Source: Anaerovoracaceae bacterium (GTDB lineage: Bacteria; Actinomycetota; Coriobacteriia; Coriobacteriales; Atopobiaceae). Taken from it: a stretch of DNA of 57,427 nt. Positions 52,779-57,427 of the stretch are shown here, piece by piece (position 1 is the first letter of the stretch; each line of letters begins with the position of its first letter). The stretch covers positions 1-57,427 of the forward strand of contig CAVIES010000001.1 in assembly GCA_963641675.1 (NCBI GenBank). Reading direction: 5' to 3'. The position numbers and the translations under genes are program-made. Under the pieces are notes generated by a model. It saw nothing but the letters and a program-made list of their open reading frames with translations, was not told where the DNA came from and did not search any database.

Positions 52779-53049
52779 ACAGGCTGAAGAACAGCTCCGT
52801 GTGGCTCGTGAGTCTAGCGACGCTGAGCTTGACCGGGTGCGCAGCGAGCTCAAGTCAGCCCGCTCCCGCATCAATTCCCTCTCTGCCGGAGAGTGTCGTA
52901 AAACAAGCAAGGTCGCCCTCGAGCATCTCGAACGAGGTGCAGAGCTGGCGACAAGATGTGCTCAAGAGCTTTCAGAGCGACAGCAGTCTCTGACCACTTG
53001 CGTACGCATGTATCAGGATTTGGAAAGTGTCTACAATCATTCTAAATAG
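52564..53049 (+). CDS. Rz-like i-spanin
   Basis: N-terminal TM, coiled coil, cysteines; GTG start. Confidence 0.7.
   Translation: MNWSWLFTLVSKRKWSLATVYVIALGIATISAVYWRARYLSQMELSTAETTRANTATKVVDALQAKLKEEHEQAEEQLRVARESSDAELDRVRSELKSARSRINSLSAGECRKTSKVALEHLERGAELATRCAQELSERQQSLTTCVRMYQDLESVYNHSK
52775..52993 (+). CDS. Rz1-like o-spanin lipoprotein embedded in Rz
   Basis: Signal peptide with lipobox LTGC, Pro/Ser-rich mature part, GGAGGAG RBS, +1 frame. Confidence 0.8.
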   Translation: MNRLKNSSVWLVSLATLSLTGCAASSSQPAPASIPSLPESVVKQARSPSSISNEVQSWRQDVLKSFQSDSSL

Positions 53050-54943
53050 CTTCTCGGGCATCATCCCTAAGATCAGCGACACTCAGCTTGACGACAATCA
53101 GGCCACGGAGGCTCGCAATCTGAAACTCCAGAGCGGGGAGATTCGCGCCTACCAGCGTCCGAAGAAGGTCCAGCATGTCGAGCAGGAAGGCGTGCAGTCG
53201 ATCTTCAAGCTCGAGGGCTCCTCGGGCGCGTCTGTGTGGCTGGAGTGGACAGAAGACACAGACGTCTGCTACTCGCCCATCGCTGATACGGAAGAGTTCC
53301 GCATCTACTACTCCGAAGGCGGCGTCTGCAAGAAGACGAACTACTCCATGGCGACATCTGGCACCGGCCCGTGCCCCCGTAACTGGTACTATCTGGGGGT
53401 GCCTTACCCGAAGGCCGCCCCGTCGTTGAAAGCCAACCGCGTACCCAATGACAAGACCACTTGGGAGTCGGAGCATCCAGATACGGAGTACGAGGAGTAC
53501 TCCGCAGACAACACGAGCAACCGAGCCTACGTGTACACGTATGTGGCTGAGTTCGGTTCCGTTGAGGAAGAGACGGCCCCTTCCGATGCTACACTGGTTG
53601 TCTGTGACACGGAGGGCGGCTCCGTTGAGGTGAGCGGGTTCCTCAATCCTCCGACTGACCACTACAACATCACGAAGCTCCGCATTTACCGCACGGTGAG
53701 CGGCAGCTCTTCGACGGTGTACCAGCTGGTGGATGAGCTCACGCTGACGAACCACAAGCTCGCGGCAAGCGGCACGTCTTACTACGGCGTTCCGTGGTCA
53801 AACTACACCTACAAGGACACCCGCACGGCGTCTCAGCTCGGGAAGGAGCTCGACAGCCTCAACTACACCCCACCGCCCGAAGGCTTGAAGGGCCTCGTCT
53901 CGATGCCTAACGGCTTCTTGGCTGGCTTCATCGGCAACCAGGTGTGGTTCTCGGAGGCTTACCTCCCACACGCCTGGCCGTCGGACTACATGCTGACGAC
54001 CGACTCGCCCATTGTGGGGCTTGGGGTCTATGGTTCAACGCTCGTCGTGGCAACCACCCGCCAGCCGTACACCATTTCGGGCACGTCGCCTGAGTCAATG
54101 ACGCAGGAAAAGCAGCCTATGAGCCAGCCCTGCGTCGCGAAGCGCTCCGTCGCCTACGACCAGTATGGCGTGCTGTATGCCTCCGCCTACGGCGTGGTCG
54201 CACTGGCCGCCGGCCAGATGGATGTGTTCACACGCCCCATCGTGAGCCAGGATGAGTGGAAAGAGTACTACCCCAGCACGATGACGGCGGTCATGTACAA
54301 CAACCACTACATCGCGGCTTATCGCCGAGGCAATGAGACTTCGATGTTGATCTTCGCCCGTGGTGAGACGCCGGAGCTGATCAACTACGACTTCGCCCCC
54401 ATTGCCATGCATGTGGAGCGAGGCTCAGGGCGCCTGTATCTCCTCGACGAGTCGGACAACTACATTTACGAGATCGACGCGGACGACGTCAACAAGGAGC
54501 AGTACACCTGGCAGAGCAAGCGCTTCGTGAACCCCTACCTGACGTCGTTCTCCTGCATGAAGCTCGATGCGGACTACACGTCCAACACTGACGTGGTTGC
54601 GTGGGAAAAGAAGCGCACGGAGATCGCAGAGTACAACGAAGGGATATGGAAGACGCGAGAAGGGCAGAGCCTCTTGGGTGAGCTCAACGCTGTGATGGTC
54701 AACCGCTTTGAGGTTAACGGGAGTCTCCTGCAGTCCAACCTTACGAAAGCTGAGTTCCGCTCAGTGACGGTGACAATTTACTCGGATAACGTCGAGGTCT
54801 ACACGAAGACTTTCACGGACCTGCAGGCTTGCCGCATCCCGTCCTACCGTGGTTACGCATGGTGGGTGAAGTTTGTAGGCAACGTCGATATCCGCTCGTT
54901 CTCGATGTCAACATCGATGAATGAGCTGGCCACGCCGAGGTAA
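53027..54943 (+). CDS. Tail nozzle/stabilisation protein (tail tube B-like)
   Basis: FSGIIP..L....A..A.N, RAYVYTYV, RIYRT, FSEAYLPHAWP, WQSKRF. Confidence 0.75.
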   Translation: MSTIILNSFSGIIPKISDTQLDDNQATEARNLKLQSGEIRAYQRPKKVQHVEQEGVQSIFKLEGSSGASVWLEWTEDTDVCYSPIADTEEFRIYYSEGGVCKKTNYSMATSGTGPCPRNWYYLGVPYPKAAPSLKANRVPNDKTTWESEHPDTEYEEYSADNTSNRAYVYTYVAEFGSVEEETAPSDATLVVCDTEGGSVEVSGFLNPPTDHYNITKLRIYRTVSGSSSTVYQLVDELTLTNHKLAASGTSYYGVPWSNYTYKDTRTASQLGKELDSLNYTPPPEGLKGLVSMPNGFLAGFIGNQVWFSEAYLPHAWPSDYMLTTDSPIVGLGVYGSTLVVATTRQPYTISGTSPESMTQEKQPMSQPCVAKRSVAYDQYGVLYASAYGVVALAAGQMDVFTRPIVSQDEWKEYYPSTMTAVMYNNHYIAAYRRGNETSMLIFARGETPELINYDFAPIAMHVERGSGRLYLLDESDNYIYEIDADDVNKEQYTWQSKRFVNPYLTSFSCMKLDADYTSNTDVVAWEKKRTEIAEYNEGIWKTREGQSLLGELNAVMVNRFEVNGSLLQSNLTKAEFRSVTVTIYSDNVEVYTKTFTDLQACRIPSYRGYAWWVKFVGNVDIRSFSMSTSMNELATPR

Positions 54944-54952
54944 GGAGGAGAC

Positions 54953-55174
54953 ATGGTTAGCACACGTAAGCCAAGTATCACGATCACAGGCCTCTCGACC
55001 CAGCTTGCAAAGCCCTTGGAGGCTCTCAAGCAGTCGGTAGAGATGATCACCGGGGCTCGTCCGGGCATGAGCGAGTTGAAGGGGCTGGAGAAGGATGCCG
55101 GGCTCGTGACCGTCATTGAAAAGGTGAACGAGGTCATCGCCCGCATCAACGCATCAGGGAAAGACAATGTCTGA
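54953..55174 (+). CDS. Small tail-associated protein
   Basis: LKQSVEMITG..KVNEVIARI; AAGGAGG RBS. Confidence 0.7.
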   Translation: MVSTRKPSITITGLSTQLAKPLEALKQSVEMITGARPGMSELKGLEKDAGLVTVIEKVNEVIARINASGKDNV

Positions 55175-55530
55175 CAAGCTGAACATCAATATTCGTCCCA
55201 TGGAAATCAATCCGACGGTGGACTGCGCGAGCGATACGGAGTACACTTTCGTCATAGTTGACCCGAGCGGAGACGAGCTGGACTTAACGGACTACACGTT
55301 CCTCATGGAGCTGCGTCCTTATGCGAGGTCGAAGAGACTTTTCGACACCATGTCCACGGAAAACGGGCGAATCACATGTGAAGGCGGCAAGGTGACGTTG
55401 AAGTTCCCTGCCGATACAACGGCTGGCTATAAGTTTGACACCGCCGTCTACGACCTCGTTGCAATTAGCACGGATGGCCTGCGCTACCGCCTTGTCGAAG
55501 GACAGATTGAGTTTTATCCGGAGGTGACAA

Positions 55531-55544
<14 letters not shown>
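55167..55544 (+). CDS. Ig-like tail adaptor protein
   Basis: DLTDYTF.MELR, STENGRI, AVYDL, RLVEGQI..PEVT. Confidence 0.7.
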
Positions 55545-56403
<859 letters not shown>

Positions 56404-56637
56404 ATGGCAGATACCACATTTATAACAAGATCTACTCAGATAGAGGCCTTCGCTAAGCGCGTGGGTGTTGAGTTTAATTCCGTGGGGAGCTCCCTGACTG
56501 AGCATTCAACAAGTATCGCCGAGAATACCTCTCGGATTGCCTCACTGGAGAGCACCGTGTCCACGAATGCAGGCAACATTGGGGATACATCTGTGGATCT
56601 TGTAGCAAAGTTTGAGGCCGCTCTGGCCGATTCGTAA
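56404..56637 (+). CDS. Small coiled-coil fibre-associated protein
   Basis: FAKRVGVEF, heptads, DLVAKFEAAL. Confidence 0.65.
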   Translation: MADTTFITRSTQIEAFAKRVGVEFNSVGSSLTEHSTSIAENTSRIASLESTVSTNAGNIGDTSVDLVAKFEAALADS

Positions 56638-56649
56638 TGGAGTGAATGA

Positions 56650-57427
56650 ATGGCAGACAAGCCTTTTTCTAACCCGTCCAGCCTGACAGAGCAGTTGCAA
56701 AATCTCTGCTGGCGTCTTGCGACGGAAATGCGGTCACTGTATACCGCTATTGGGCAGCGACTGGACAAGGCAAGCGCTGATGCACTCTACCTTAGCATCA
56801 CGGGTAAGGCAACATCGGCGGGTGCAGCGGATACCGCGATTAAGGCTACGCAGGACGCTAGTGGCAACGAGATTACAGCTACCTATGCAACTAAGGCCGA
56901 GCTCCCTGGAGAAATGACGGGCGCGACAGCTGCGGCTAGGGGCACCTCTGGTCTCGTCCCTGCTCCTGCGGCGGGCAAGCAGACGTCGTTCCTTCGTGGC
57001 GACGGGACGTGGGTGGTGCCGACCGACACGACTTATTCAGCGATGACTGCGGCTACGTCCTCTGCGGCAGGTAAGGCTGGTCTCGTCCCTGCTCCTGCGG
57101 CGGGCAAGCAGACGTCGTTCCTTCGTGGCGACGGGACGTGGGTGGTGCCGACCGACACGACTTATTCAGCGATGACTGCGGCTACGTCCTCTGCGGCAGG
57201 TAAGGCTGGTCTCGTCCCTGCTCCTGCGGCGGGCAAGCAGACGTCGTTCCTTCGTGGCGACGGGACGTGGGTGGTGCCGACCGACACGACTTATTCAGCA
57301 GCTACTACTTCTAAAGCAGGTCTGATGAGCGCGGCGGACAAATCCAAGGTGGACGCTAGCGTCCTGACTTCCTCTCAGTCCCTCACCACAGCACAGAAAA
57401 CTCAGGCAAGAACAAATATTGCCTCTG
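56650..57427 (+). CDS. Tail fibre protein, 3'-truncated
   Basis: Open from ATG 56650 (MADKPFSNPS) to the window end; GLVPAPAAGKQTSFLRGDGTW repeats; absent from the ORF track because it has no stop. Confidence 0.85.
   Translation, partial: MADKPFSNPSSLTEQLQNLCWRLATEMRSLYTAIGQRLDKASADALYLSITGKATSAGAADTAIKATQDASGNEITATYATKAELPGEMTGATAAARGTSGLVPAPAAGKQTSFLRGDGTWVVPTDTTYSAMTAATSSAAGKAGLVPAPAAGKQTSFLRGDGTWVVPTDTTYSAMTAATSSAAGKAGLVPAPAAGKQTSFLRGDGTWVVPTDTTYSAATTSKAGLMSAADKSKVDASVLTSSQSLTTAQKTQARTNIAS
56948..57299 (+). repeat. 129-bp tandem repeat, ~2.7 identical copies
   Basis: GGTCTCGTCCCTGCTCC recurs at 56950, 57079 and 57208. Confidence 0.95.

Overview
The whole window reads as a near-complete, circularly permuted genome of a temperate, short-tailed (podovirus-like) dsDNA phage. 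Both ends fall inside tail-fibre/receptor-binding genes and no host genes are present. The + strand arm (40745-57427, continuing 1-15776) carries dcd, an RHH regulator, TerS, ThyX, TerL, portal, scaffold, capsid, adaptors, lysis, tail and fibre genes, then a GNAT, two paralogous ejection-type proteins, a PAPS-reductase-like enzyme and 1061-aa and 2970-aa internal virion proteins. The - strand arm (39581 to 15754) carries small early genes, an AAA+/VWA module, an array of small related proteins, PolA, a Cas4-like nuclease, VRR-NUC, a SAM methyltransferase, HNH genes, a SNF2 helicase, SSB, primase-helicase, excisionase, an attP-like region and a P4-type integrase. Best leads: (1) a GNAT and a PP-loop Fe-S enzyme bracketing two paralogous ejection proteins, a possible virion-protein modification system; (2) an AAA+/VWA-peptidase module followed by small divergent proteins sharing a C-terminal (K/R)ELxK helix; (3) an iteron origin next to two perfect 36- and 40-bp palindromes; (4) no CI-type repressor, but a 16-bp operator/-10 motif at six sites and a structured RNA whose loop is complementary to the early-gene RBSs; (5) an NLTPH protein resembling Crn4 ring nucleases. 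All family calls come from motif recognition by eye; no searches were run.
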